The position numbers and the translations under genes were made by a program. The notes under the pieces were generated by a model, which worked only from the letters and a program-made list of their open reading frames with translations, made no database searches and had not been told where the DNA came from. Below, piece by piece: positions 12,071 to 26,216 of a stretch of 64,000 bases of DNA (position 1 is the stretch's first letter; each line of letters begins with the position of its first letter). Source of the stretch: Botryllus schlosseri. Taxonomy: Eukaryota. The stretch is taken from NCBI GenBank assembly GCA_051294905.1, contig CM119378.1, positions 10,230,001 to 10,294,000 of the forward strand. Direction: 5' to 3'.

Positions 12071-13183
12071 TATCGTGCCCGGCTTATACTTAAAGGTAGG
12101 GCCACGGCTAACTCTCGTATTTCAAGTGTATGTAAATTTGTATGTGTGTTTGAGATTTATGGACTGTGTGTTGTCAATAATGATCCGGCCCTGAGTAAAA
12201 GTAAAATTGTTAGTTTTAACATTTGAGTCCCAAACTAAACCTATTGGTGTTAGTCGCAACCGTGCTCGTCACTAACATATATATACACTTGCAGGGTACT
12301 GAAGCGCTAAAAAACGTCAGCCTATACAGCCAAATTGTAAATTTAAGTATATAAAATACACTTGAGGTAATCTATTCAGGTATTCCATGCAGCTGTATCA
12401 ACTAATTTAGTACTATCCCGACATACATACTTGCAGAATACTTTGCCAACGAGAAGTACGGTCCCCAAAATACAAGATTTTACTTTCCCTGGTCATTTCG
12501 ACCTAATTCACAGGTTTCCTCAATAGGATTTGAGTATGGCTGCTGCTCTAATGGATGGCTAAGGCCTGCTGAAAGGGTGGAGTACAATCAAATTTTCATG
12601 AAAATTCGGCGTTGCGTAATTGGACAACGAGATCGCTAGCTCACGTAGGATTGTTGACAATGTTGGCCTTCCGCCTACAACGCTCTAGTTTAGCCCAGTC
12701 TAGCTGGATCGCGTATCTTAGGTTCTAGCAGAACTCTACACATGTGTTCTGACTGCTGAGAGTAGATATATGTGTAAGTTAACCTACACCAACCGCGATA
12801 ACTGAACGATTTAAAATTACCAACGTTTACGGGGATTGCAAGTTTATTCTATTATTGGAATTTTTTAAATGTTTTCATATGGATAAGATGGTGTTTCCCC
12901 ATGCCCCCGTACGACCCCGGTCGTGCCGGGCGCGACCTATATCTATCATCGTTGTTACCATACTTGTTAATTCCTAAGAGTTATCGCTGGCTGGGTGCGG
13001 TCATTTTGAAGTATGAGTTTCTTGCAGACAAAATTTACCTGACCCCACATTGAGTGTCGTTGTGATTCAAATCGAACCCTTTGTAATACGAGTCTCAAAG
13101 AAGCCATAAGAGATGATGTTCATTATTTAATTAATGTACAACATTGTTTACTCGGTTGTTCAGATCTAAGATTTAAATATAGG

Positions 13184-16100
13184 ATGCCAAATTTCCTATG
13201 GGCATTGCTGCTGTGCTGTGTTGGTGTGATAAATCATGCGTATGCATCGGAACTACTCCCTTTGTCAGCTGTAAATTCGGAGCCAGTGGTGGAATTTAAT
13301 CACTCAGGATGGAATCGAGTTAGTGAGTTTGTAGGTATTAAACGAGTGCCGTTAAGTCAGATTTTCCCAAAAATTGGAATTGACTGGTCACGCGCAAATG
13401 GACGTTATCCCGTGTATGCTAATACAATAGAATTTGGTGCCGTAAAGGCCCCCTCACAAAGGTTGTTCAGAATCCTGTCTCCAAGAGCCGGCAAATATTG
13501 GCGATCTCCAAAACAATTTGAGAGGGAATGCTTATGTGTCCGAAATAATTCAAAAATATTACCAGAATTGACGCCCGGAAGCATAAAACAGAACATAACA
13601 TACCGACGTGGTACTGGTGTTGATCTAATACATGTCTGGCGATGGGTGATAGGCGAAGATGAACTCCCTATATCATTTACTACCCTACGAATACTGACGG
13701 TCTATAAGGCGTTGGTCATCCACTTTCTAAGCCAATACCTAGAGGTGAATGCCTACTGCTCAAGGCCCAGTCCAACGGGAGGAAACTCACGTTGGAAGAT
13801 TAGGGAAAACGGGTTCACTTATTGTGATAATAGGGGCAGACGAACCCGTAGAATTATTTGTACGCGTTGTAGAATCACTGGTAGTCGGGGAATTGCAAAT
13901 CTAGCTCACAGGAACTTTGTCGTTCATGAAAAAAGTAGGCAACAAACCACTCTAAGAATCCTATGGCCCGACGATATTCCTATGCCTACTCTGAATAAAC
14001 ACATAGTATGGCTACAGACGAGAGGGGTGAATTACAGGGTCGGCTCGCCGATACTGGAAAACCTGAACTTGAGAGTTTATAGATCATTTCCGGCGTTGGG
14101 AAAAAATAGCCCCTTTTGTCTGAGGAAACTTCAAAAACCGGAATGCGAATCTCCTGTTGGCAGTTTTGATACCGCGCTTGCGTTTGACTCGGTCTCTTAC
14201 GATGTGGCGGGAAATCAGCCCATATACCCAAATTTTAATGAAGCCATAATTCATCCGCTAAGAGCTGATATCCGAGTTTCATGCTCACGACCTCGGCCAG
14301 ACAGATATTTTATGATATGGTCACCGTTCAAGGATCAAATAAGCAAATCACTGCATGGACTAAGCCATGTTTTGCAAGTAACTGCCTCAAGGTATCTCGC
14401 TGAGGCCAAACTGCTACTCAGACAGATGGCAGCTCCCATGAAAATTTTAAGAAATGAACTATTACGATTACAGGACAAATATGCAACTACCAATGAAGTA
14501 AATAGGTTTCAGAACAGTGTCAATCAAACTCGACATAGGATAGGACGAAATCTTAACCGACAAGTGTTGGATTTACTGATGAGTGCGACAGCCGCAAATC
14601 TATTATTGAATGCCAAAATGGCAAACCTTACGCGTTTTGACCCCAATACAGTTTACAAAGCAGTAATTTGTCGAGGGGCCCTAATTTATTCAGTTTACGG
14701 GTATCGTAAAAATGAGAGCAATCCCCATACCTCTAGTCCACAGACAACAGATCTGGTGACCGAAATTGTCACTCACAGCCCAGCAAATACCCCTATAATC
14801 GCTACCAGATCTACAAAAATGCATGTAGAGACTTACGATGAAGCCCAGTCTACCTACGAACCTACCCTCATTGCCTCTAAAATCTCTCAGTCTCACAGTA
14901 ATGGTAATATCGCAACGACAAAGGTGACTCCGGATGGGGGCCAAATTCAGAAAAGTACCACCCGTACATCCGAGATGTCCACAATTACTAGTGGATATAA
15001 GCCCTACTCTCCTGCTATCCAGCATGAACTGATCATCTCTGACTCAAGAGCCGCGAAATATATTACTAATAGTGCTAGCGAAACACCCGATAATATTCAG
15101 TGGCTCGACTATGTAAGAAATGACACCGCCCGTGCTATAGTTACGTCTGAAAAACCCACAACTATTAATGCGAGCATGTCTAAATCTGGTTCCGTTACGC
15201 GCAGAAACGTTGGTAGAAGTAGCATAGCGTATACTCGCACAAAAAATGCGTCTGGTATTGATATCGGCTTGACTTCAAATACAAGTGAAACAGTATCATC
15301 GGTTGTGACCGACCCTACTTCTGGATTCCCGTCTTTATCAAAAACTGTTATGGACAAGACGGCTGCTGACCCTTTGACTTGGCCCACGAATACCTTTTCA
15401 CCCACGGAAATGGTGAAACTAGGTAGTCTGTCAACTCGGCACTCCGGAACAAAACCCATGACCAATATTAGGAATATACTTAATCCATAAACCACACCTA
15501 GCATTCGAACTTCTAAAGTAGACTCTACAGTCGCAACCATAAGATCTGAAAACTCCGCAGGGGAAATCCAATCGATGGTAACACCCCCTGGACGGGCAGC
15601 TGTTACTAATTCGAATAATAATACGCTGGCCACCTCAATAAGCACAAGTGTGGAAGACACTACATCGTACTTTCCAAATGAAAATAGTGACAGTGGACAT
15701 ATAGTGCAAGTAAATATATCCGCAAGAACCTTAAGTAACAACACGTTTGAGCAGGTACAGAACTTGATGCAGAAACTCTACCGAACAACTACAGCGGCGA
15801 TGTTATTATCAAGCAAATTACACTCGAACGCGTCCCCGCGAGAATCAGCTACTAGTACCCAGCCTAAATCGGCAAATAACATCACCAGCGAATCATTTGG
15901 GTATGAGACAACCGACCCTTTGGAAAAGCTGAATAGCCGAAATTTACGAACGGAGGCCGCAGGTAAGACTTTGAATATTTACAAAATACGCAACAATACC
16001 CCACCAGCATGGGTTAACAAAGTGCCTTCCGGTCTATTAAATAGGAAACAAACGAAAGATGATGAAATTATTATGCCCAGGTCAACTACAATGTCAGTGT

Positions 16101-16939
16101 CGGATATAAAGAGTAACGATTATGGTACGACCCTCGCTGAGCAAACAACTACTCCCGATTCGGTAGCTACACCTGATAACAGAGATACCTCAACAATTCT
16201 AAACCCACGGTCGCCTCTAATAGAGTCTTTAGCTTATTTCAGCCGTGACCAAAATACTACAACGGTTTCAAAATATTTACCTCTCGGCGCAAGCACCCAG
16301 TGGAACGAGGTGACTCATACGCAGGTTGGAATCACCTCTGAAGTGAATTTGTCAGGTTATTCGAGGCTACATAAAATTGAGATTCCGAAGGTTTCGCGTT
16401 TGGTAGTTAGTTCCCACGAAAAATCCCCCATATTGAGTAGTTCACCTGCCGTCCATACGACATTGCGTGATAATGCCTCGAATCTGGACCCGAGCACAAA
16501 CCTTGTTCGACCAGCTAATTCAGAAAGAACAACGATTCCTGTCGCCCTTAACAACATCACTATTACGTACGAACCCACAATAATACCTTTGGATATCATA
16601 TCTGACAAAGTTATAAATTCAAATAAAACGTTACCGCGCGAGAGTGAAATGGATAATCCTGCTAACAATAGTACGTTATATTTGATCAGGCTACGTGAAC
16701 TATATCGAATCGAAAGTGGATATGTATTAGGGACGGAATTCCGTGTTGAAAATTTGAAAAATGTAAACTTAAAACGACATTTCTATAAAATTATTGTGTC
16801 CATAGCAATAATTTTTGCCATAGCTATGGCTTTATTAACCTACCGCCTATATAAATATCGGGTTTCGGCCAACTACCTAAAAGGAGTTATTAGACGGAAC
16901 AACGCGGAAAATTGGTTGGAGGCAATAGAACACCACTAG
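13184..16939 (+). CDS. env1 paralogue with a mucin-like stalk (env2), interrupted by one in-frame TAA at 15488-15490
   Basis: ORFs 13184-15490 and 15575-16939 share a frame and the 28 codons between them are open. Matches to env1 include FERECLC/FENTCTC, WRWVI/WRWKI and CESPVGS/CKDPVGS. Long S/T-rich region, then TM IIVSIAIIFAIAMALLTY. Confidence 0.75.
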
Positions 16940-19900
16940 AATAACTCTTGAAGTAGAATGGTTCCAATTCATTACCGCAAGAATTAATGATATATGATTT
17001 GAGTGCAAAATTTACACTTACGAGATGACGTAAAATTGATCGATTGTTTCAAATAAGTGATTTAGGATAGCAACCTTTAGGAACCCCCGCAAACATCTTG
17101 TTTAAAAAAATGGAATGTAGAGTAGCTGGTACATAAGTTGCTAAAATCTATTACATATACTCGAAATCTTTTTAAATGGATTGTGCGTTGTACGTTGTGC
17201 GTTGTGTGAACATGGACGCCAATGTTCGCACGATTTGAATTAAATGACGAAATCTTTTGCACAAAATTACTGATCCTGATGTAAGTATAGCGTCGTGCCA
17301 CCTTTTAAGAGCTAATAAGACATAGTTACGGTGCAGTCAATGGGCCATAGAAAGAATTACACGTGAACGGCCCTCGTATTCTTAATGAGCGACTCGGAAA
17401 CCTTAACCTACAAAAATAGCCGATGATCAACGGCAACTTTTACGCCTGTCAACTTTGTTGGTATCTAGATTTTGCTGGAGATAAAGTGGTGATATAATCT
17501 AAATGTTGTTGGGGCAAAATTCCATAAATGAAGTACTGTCAGAAATTTTATCGCGTGTTAGAAAAAGCGGCCCCAAAGCCTTATTTGGAAGCTGCAATGG
17601 GAGGAACCTGACTTCCGGTGCAATTTTGCATGGGAACTGGCAACGATTGGGGTTTACCTGACCAATTATGGACACATAGGCGTTACGAAAGATCTATTTT
17701 TGATAAACCCGAATTTTGAGGCGTTCCTATAAACACCCAGTTGTCGCGGTCAATTGAATTTTCAGAATTGTTCTGGTGTTGCTAAAATTGGGGACACGGC
17801 GTTTTGACATCACAGAGTGTCACCTTACCGAAGGCTTTTTTTCTCTTCGGCAAAAGACGTGGCAACTAGTTAGTCGATATAATGATCGAGCTATCTACCC
17901 TCTTGTGATTCTGAAAATGACGGTTAGGTAGTACAGTGCTGAGGCTTCAAAAAGTTACTTAATGGGTTTCAGATACGCAGGTTGCAATGATTTATCTATT
18001 GTTCAAGTTATAATCAATTAGTTATCAGGAATTACAGAGCAGAATGCAGGTTGAACTCAATTAGGCTTGAGTTATATTACTAGGGTGTTGTGAGTGCTTG
18101 AGGTTCTATTAAAATCAAAATATCTTGACTTATTTTAAAAATAGGTTTGGAGTTGCGAAGTACTGAATCAAATTAGGGGATTAAAACGTAACCTATGAAT
18201 TTTAGTGGCGGCTATTGATAAAGTTACTAGGTTTTATACAGAGAACCTCGGTGCCAACGCTAGTTCAACCACATTAATAGATCATAAGTGAACAATTATT
18301 GACAGCATTGCATTATGTCCGAAAATCACATAATGCGGATAGTTTAGAACCCCAAACCTATTCAGGGTTTGGAAGACTTGCGGCAAAGGAAAATAGTATA
18401 TTGCAATTACCTGAAATAAATTTGAATTACTTACTGATAATACAAGAATTGAAGTGTAACGTGTAATTTCATGGCGTAAATGCCTGCTGCGGCGATGGTC
18501 GATAATATAAAATAAAAGCTTTGAAATAGAATGCCAGTTGCTAAATTAATTATAATTACAGTGATCTCGACTCTTTTGACATTATGCTTTTCCTCAGGTG
18601 ATTGTCACAAAATAACCAGAGGTTAAGCGTTGCCGATAGCGAATGACCGACATGTGTGCCCAATCGAGTTTTCAGTAAAACCGGTGCGTGCGAGTGTTGG
18701 GCGGATTCATCTTATGTACTGTTAGGAATAAATTGTGCTGCTTTAGAATTGATGCCTCATTCCAAAAATAGACAACTAGGCTAACAGATAAGTTTCAATA
18801 ATGCTCTTTGATGCACGGGTATATCAAATTAATATGGCTTTTTCTATAAATATGTGTCCATTGTTTCCGTGTTTTGGGTTGATATCATATTGATTCAAAA
18901 CTTGCGTCTTGGGTTGTAATTCGTATTATGCTAAAATGCGGCCTCTTAGGCCTTAAACCTTCCGTTTTATACTAAAGACTAGTCCTTTAAGGCCTATTGG
19001 CCTGAAGCAAGCGTCCTGATAAAAGGCGGTATACTGGCCTACAATCTAGCTCATAGGTCTCTTGGTCGGGGGGTACGGTTTCAAGGTAGATTGTATAGGT
19101 CGATTTCGTTTGAATCACGCTGCATCTGCTAAGCAATCGGTTCGTTCGTAGAATAGAGGTTTGGTTGGTGTAATAAACCGCTGCCCTGGACAAATTCGCG
19201 TTAATAGCCCACTATACTTCCTCCGGCATTGAGTAAGATCTCAGGGTTTCGGCGCGCCAAGAGCAAAGTAAATATGTAAAAGCGGTAACACATGAAATGA
19301 TCTAGCTATCGTGATTCCTCCTTCTAATATTGGTACCCATTATTTAATTTTATAGTCTCGGTGTACTATGACTTGATCAGCGGTCTGAGTTATACTAGAG
19401 TTAAGAATACAAGATATCAAAATGGATTATAAATACGAGACATCATATGGGTGAGTTTACTTCATGTATTCAGAGTTTAACGTTGAGTGCCTGGATTGTA
19501 AACTGTTGCTACACAATTACGATTAATTAATCTTACATTTGCTGTAAAACTTTAAATGGGGTAAATATTGATCCTATACTGAAATTGTTTAAATTTCTTG
19601 ACTGCACCCCGGCGTCAGACTCAAATAAGAGGGATTACAATACCAATTTACAAAACTTCTCGTAAAATCTAATTTGTTACAGCCAGTATGCTATGACCAA
19701 TATAACGCACTATTGTTTTGAAACTAGACAACAGCCGAAAACGTACATTATAATTAAGTATCAGTAAGGATAGGTTATGATACGAGCTTCTTGTTTTTGC
19801 ATTGTTGCCTATATGTTCTGTGCTGTCTAAGGGAATATGATTTATCAGGAAATTGCGAAATACTGTTTCGCAATCTAGCCCGTAGCTAGCACACACCTTA

Positions 19901-22900
19901 TATGACGCACAAATAAGTAAATTATCCCGCCCCGTTGGCGCAACTCAATTCCCCATTGAGGATTCGTTCGAGCTCACTAACACTCAGAGTTGTGATGGCT
20001 CGAGTCAAGAAGTATAACTCGAGACTCAGACGGCCTAAACCGATAAAGCGAAGATTGACTTATGACGCGACGCCTTGTAAATTGGTTACAACCCTGCTAC
20101 AATCTTAAATTGATCAGCTGATGGCTATTCTCCTTGAATAAATTTTGGATGACTTTTTAAATTATCACTTCTACTCATGTTTAAATAATAATTGTGTCAC
20201 TGCTTTTACCCCTACTTGAGTAACCTTGTTGACTACTTCGACCACCTCCGAGCACATACAGATATGATAAGGCGGCATTGCGGGTCAACATACCCGCACA
20301 CCGCCGTCCTGAGCCGCATTCATTTTTGACTAAAAACAATATCATATGGGTATGCCCTGGGCGAGGAAAATTTCGATTGTTTTTGCACCCTTCGCAATAT
20401 AGGATTTGGACCCGTCACTCTCGTATTTAAATCGAACTAATATAGTTTGAACGTTTAAGCAGGCATTTCAATTGCAACAAACTTTTAATTTTGAGGACTA
20501 GATAAGTCGGCCATGCATCGTGTTGAGTTAAGTTATTTCCGTTTTTTGGAGTTGTATGTTCTATGTTTTACTCAGTTAGAATAGATGTGCTGATATAGAC
20601 TAGGCAAATGCAGGTGGTCTGCCCTGGGAGCTTTGCAGTGCTGAACATGTGGCTAAGTTATACTTTGATTTCTGGCTGGTACAATTGCTTTTATAATGAT
20701 CCGCAATTTATATTAAATAACTACATAATTGATAGTTCAGACAATCTGCTGAATGTATTCATCTTGGCCATGGTTTCTGGTTTGGAAATTCATTTAGATT
20801 TGACTTATGTCACCTCCTAAAAATTTTTTTTTGGATATCTTGGCAAAACTAACGTGCCCCGTCGCTAGTACAGCGGTCCTTTAAACTGGAACACGTGAGA
20901 AACCTTGTAAAAGTAAGCAAATCGGTCCAACAAGCCTTTATGTTATAATATCCAATGTTAAGCGGTCGTTGGCCGGCGGACTCTGGACTAATACATTGTT
21001 TCGTATCGGCTAATGCGCGCCGTAATCACAAAAGTCATGTTTTGAAAAAATACTGCGTTTCGTTATCTAGTTGCGCGTGGCACAGGGTTTTGTCGACTTC
21101 ATGCATAAAATTCGTCATTGATACTTGGGATTGCAGATGTTGCTATCGAGTAGTTGTCTTTTCTTAGCACATATGGTGAGAATTATCAATGTAATTAATG
21201 AGCGTATGCCTTCGAAAATTAGTGGCGGATATTAAGGATGGTGTATCTTCGCGTGGACCAATTGTTATTGGTGTGGCGATTATTAAAGAAAAAATGGGAG
21301 ATTTTACACTAAAGGTGAACTTTTTGGTATTTAGTGGACGTATAACAAAAGCCTAATTCTGACAAAATTCTGCATTCAAGTATTTAAATTAGGCATTGCT
21401 GCGCATAGGTTGGTAATAACACACACGCTGTTTCACACCACAATATTGACTACATCGTAATTTTTTGACCGCAGCCTAACACAAATTTTATGGTGATCTC
21501 GAGAATCACACATCCGTTGAGAATCACTGTACTACGAGAAACTTATGTCCCCAAGCCGTCAAATTTCAGATTCGGAATTACGTTATGTGCGTAAGTTTGG
21601 GAAAACATAAGACCCTAAAATAGACTACAGGGTGTGGTCTAAAAAAGCGAGAGGATAGGGTCACCGCCGCTGCAATCTCTACGTAAGAAACGAAATGTTG
21701 TTTGCAAAGCAAATTTGAATTACGTACAGAATTTTGACAATTTTTTTTAACCAACGATATAATTTTTGAATCTCTCATATATATCAAAGAATGGTCGCCC
21801 TAATATTGGTCATTTCGTTGCATGCCTTGATTTCTTGGCCTCACATCGGGACTGTCGAAATGTTGGACGCGCCTAGACGTGCCATAAACGACGCTCTTTC
21901 GAGAGACGTACCCAAGCCCAAGTTGGTATTTTTTATGGATCGCCTGGTTTTCTTATACGACTAGCGTTTGTGCTGTTGGGATCAGATTACACGGCACTGC
22001 GGTATTGGAATCGTAAAATCAATTCGCATTAAATCGTGCGTGACGCAAGTGGAATTGCGCTAGATCTCGCCAAAGTTGTTTCTGTATCAGCTGCATAAAC
22101 CTTTCTGAAAACAAGCTCTCCTCTAGATTCACGGCGTCAGCTAGTGGTAATTATCGAGCCTTTGCACAATTTCGATAAGTTCGCTACCAAATAGATGTAG
22201 ACCTTCCGTAAAAGTATTGGTGGCGCACATACAACCTATGATCAAGCCAGAACATGCGCATTCATTACCCCCGAGCTAATAATCTCTGTTCCGATATATT
22301 GCCTAAAATAGTGTGCGGATGCGATACGCTTGAAAAGCGCTATAGTCCGTGACATATGTGCAAGGCGTTTAAAACGGTGATAAGTGATTTTAAACTGGTT
22401 TAAATACGCGGTTCAAAAACAACCCGTTATTCAGTATTGCTAAATTTTGCTCGGGCTAAAATGATGTTTGAGTGATCTGGCTTGCGGTGCACAGCTCTTT
22501 TTCATGGAATGTCTATTATCCACACTCCACAGTGTTTTGGTGCTCACTTGTAGCAAGCTTCGTGCATGGCTAAAATCGAATAAATAATGCTTATGCCTTT
22601 ACACTTTCGTAGGCATATAGTGTGATTTCGGAACGGTATCTGATGAAGGTGCTGTGCAATGTGCATGCGATTTTGGTGCTACGTCATATCAACTTCACAA
22701 TTTCTAATACTTCAGGCTCTGCTCTCTATATATACTAGGGCTTTTAGCAGTTTTGCGCATGCGTGATTACCCAACATTTAAATCTGTGCTCACTCGCTGT
22801 TGCGGATAACCAGGTACTCAGTCTGTATACTGATCAGCTAACATAGTGCAACGAATTATTGTGGTTGATAACGCTTTTGTAAACCCGACTCGGCATGCTC

Positions 22901-25013
22901 AGAGCCACCTACTAATTTGGCTAAGCACAAGAGTTGTCATGACTCAAGATCTATTGTCGCACAAAGATGGTGATAATTTTTGAAACCGATGTGATTCCCT
23001 ATTATTAGAAATACCCGCCAGCTTGTAACACTATTATGGTGTTCCCTCACTTTAGGGATCCTATACAAAAACACCCCATAATACTAAGTACACCCCGTAG
23101 CCAGGGTGAACAATAAACCTATATGTTGGTATATGCCTTACTTTTCGTGTTTAAATTCTGTTAATGATCCCTATTTGTAGCAACGCGATATGGCGTTAGA
23201 TACCGGAAACAACGCCGAGCTACCCTGAATAAATGTTTGAATTTATGTGACACTTCCTCTATTTGAGACGAAACATTTTCTGTCAGCGCCCGAATGAATT
23301 AACCTTTCATATCTATAAATGTGATTTAAGGCGCACATGTGATATTATTGATTGGCTAATAATGAGTTATGTACTACTCTAATTGTTTGCAGTTGGTATC
23401 GAGCATTTTGTCATCATAATACTTGTAGTGACCAGCCTATGTTTAGTCCGACTGCACACTAACCTATTTGTTCGTAGAGATGCTATTTTTACTGGATTGA
23501 GTGTAATCATAATGCCCTTTATTACCCCCACTCCCAAAGTGAGGCAGCGCACTTTGATTAACAGACGCTGTGCCTCGTCGCCATTTGAAAAATAAATTAT
23601 TTTGTTTGAGGAAAAACCATGCTCATATTCTCTACTGCCACGACACTAGGGAATAGCATGGCTTCATGGCATCCTCCGCTAATTAAAAGAAGGGGAGGGG
23701 TAACTTCGTTGTACATATTTTGTGGTATCCGTCAGAGAATGAAAATGATATAAGAAAAATGAATAAAAAAAAAATAAATTTTTCTATCATGTATTTTAAT
23801 TGAAAAAAATAATGCTTGTTTTGAGTGCAAACCTGAAGCTAGCTAACCCTAAAAATAACTACTTGTATATTATTAATCGAGAGTTATAATGCATATACCC
23901 TTAGTACTGCAAATGTACTACTTAATGCATAGCAATGGTGTAATATATGTACTGTACACGGAATGCTTGGAATTCGCTTGTTTTGTGATATATCAGTGTA
24001 CTAACAAAAATGAAATAATGATGATATGAGTCAAATATGTAGTTATGTATATATTAATTAAATCGACACGGTCTCTTTAGGATTCCGATAAGGTCCTCCC
24101 CCCCTAAAAGCTAAGAAAATAACACCATAATGTCTAGGTTATGAAGAAGGCTATAGTAACTGAAACGATTAGGGGTGATCTATGAATCACCTAGCTACCC
24201 ATATGAAGCTGCTAATACGGAAAAAGCCGTTGCGAAAGCGACAGATATGTAACCACCCTATCTTGTTTGTGTTAAATATTATAATTATAAATCTGTAACC
24301 TTACGCATAGAGACAATTCGATGAAAGTAATGTTGAATAATACTTGGTGAAGAATAATATCACAAGTAGTGCGCCATATTTGGCACGATAACTGTGTTCA
24401 TTGAGCTAAGACGGTGACATTCTTGGCACTGGAGTCGAATCTATATGCGTAATTACAGAGTATTGGGCTATATCCTCCCGCCCCTATATAAGAGTGGATG
24501 GACCCCGAAATCGAAAATCAAATATAAAAGTATATAAGTATTATGCCTAGCAGGGAATAGCTTGCCCTGGTCATAATTTAAAAAAATAATCTTAAATACC
24601 ATCAAAATTTAATGATTGGAAAAGAGTGGGCAGTTTCGGATGGTTGATTGGAATGAGCTCGCCATAACTTTGGTATATTTGCTTGACTGGATAATTTCAT
24701 TTGCGTCTTTATGTAGTGCGGCGCAGCCATTCCATCACCAGTACGGAACTGAAACGTATGTTTTGCGATACAAATGTGTCGAGTATAGAGTGATGCTTAT
24801 ATGGAATAGTCGTATGCATGCCAGTTTTACGATCATGCTGCCATTAAATGGGGCCACCATTTTTCGTGCATGCGAACTTTTGCAGTAAGTGTTGCCGTTA
24901 TTTTATATTAGTGTATGCATTTTATATCTATGTGTCATGTGGTGCCCACACGAATTGTATAGCAGCTGCTGTGAACAATTGTTACCCATGTAGGCAGCAT
25001 GGATGCCAAATTC

Positions 25014-25045
25014 AACCACCACCACCACCACCACCACCACCACCA
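25014..25045. repeat. (CCA)n microsatellite
   Basis: About ten ACC/CCA units; explains the poly-P/W/V stretches in the ORF track. Confidence 0.9.
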
Positions 25046-25560
25046 CCGAAGCAGAACATCCACAAAACATTGACGACGGCATTGAAAGAGTCTGACGTCG
25101 TTTGGGCTCATAGGGTGATGTTCGGATGTCCCCGTAAAGGCTCTCAAGCATACATTGATAGGATCGCCTGCTTGCCACAGTTGTAAGATACACAGAAATG
25201 AAGCAGTGCGAATAAATGCGTCGGTACAGGTCCATGAAGTCGATGAACTGATGGACCAAACCAGAACAGTATTCGAGATATATTGAATTTGAAATCTCGC
25301 TACTACAGAGCCCCGCACGAACCCCCGTATCCTGATGGAATTCCCTGTCCCCGAGTATGACACGAAAGAATTTGAAGAAACGACTCAACAAGAAATCAAT
25401 GCCTCAACTGAAAATGGGTATATACATATACACCTGCAATCTGCAAAGACTGTGATACTTTTATGAATGAACTGGTGATCTGCCAATTGGTTGGCTTGGA
25501 CTCTGAGTGTTGGTACTTTTGTGGGCATCTACTGGCATATCACTTGCATATTATGTATCT

Positions 25561-25960
25561 GGCAGGAAAGGCCATCACGTCTATTGTGAAAACAAACCTT
25601 GGAGAATTATTTTGATTTTAGATCGTGCATGATGATAAATAGGTTAACTTTTGGTTTTTTATCAGTATGTGTAATGTGCATAGAGAAGCCCTATTGTTAT
25701 CTGCACGACCTTATTGGAGTATTTGGTTGTATTAAGGTTATAGGCTACCGTATAAGAGTTATAATAGTCATCTGGGCCTTGAACGGTCATTGCGATAGCT
25801 GCTGCAATTACAAAGACTTCAATCAAAGATCGACTGCGCCGAAAAGAGTGGGGGTCACACAAAGACATACATCAAGTGAACTTTTGCATCCGCTGAGGTA
25901 TATGAACTCAGTGTAGGTTACTTGGAGGCCACAAAGACCTCAAGCTGCACTATAAACTAC
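25561..25960 (+). repeat. LTR-like segment (R/U5) of gag-pol copy 1; left boundary undefined
   Basis: Homologous to the reverse complement of 47868-48302 (GGCAGGAAAGGCC, AAACCTTGGAG, GAGTATTTGGTTGTATTAAG, AGCTGCACT). Ends directly before a PBS. Confidence 0.65.
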
Positions 25961-25975
25961 TGGAGGTCCCAACCG
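25961..25975 (+). promoter_or_regulatory. Primer-binding site, tRNA-Gln-like
   Basis: TGGAGGTCCCA(A)CCG compared with the complement of the tRNA-Gln(UUG) 3' end, TGGAGGTCCCACCG. Confidence 0.65.
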
Positions 25976-26039
25976 TTCCTCAGCGGCGTCAAAAGTAACT
26001 ATCTGTGCTCCACGCGCACAAGAAGGGAGCTGGAAGCTC

Positions 26040-26207
26040 ATGCGACCCGATCACGGCATTGTTCGAACTCTATCATTCATCACCTTCATCTCGGTACTGA
26101 TCACGCTGTTTGCCAGACTGAACTCTATCTACGTGCGGCTATTTGCATCTGATTTAGGGATCGGTACTACGAACAAGCGGTTCTCTAACAAGATCGCCCG
26201 TCAATAG
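26040..26207 (+). CDS. Small hydrophobic ORF upstream of gag (55 aa; not in the ORF track)
   Basis: MRPDHGIVRTLSFITFISVLITLFARLNSIYVRLFASDLG... Same position as, and similar to, 47551-47820. Confidence 0.55.
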   Translation: MRPDHGIVRTLSFITFISVLITLFARLNSIYVRLFASDLGIGTTNKRFSNKIARQ

Positions 26208-26216
26208 GGAGGCGAG

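Noticed and set aside
14690-16668. Minus-strand ORFs over env2, and similar ones over gag, pol and pPolB
   Set aside because: Antisense shadows of long coding frames with no independent motifs.
24848-25391. Overlapping ORFs with poly-P/V/W
   Set aside because: Produced by the (CCA)n microsatellite; no recognisable product.
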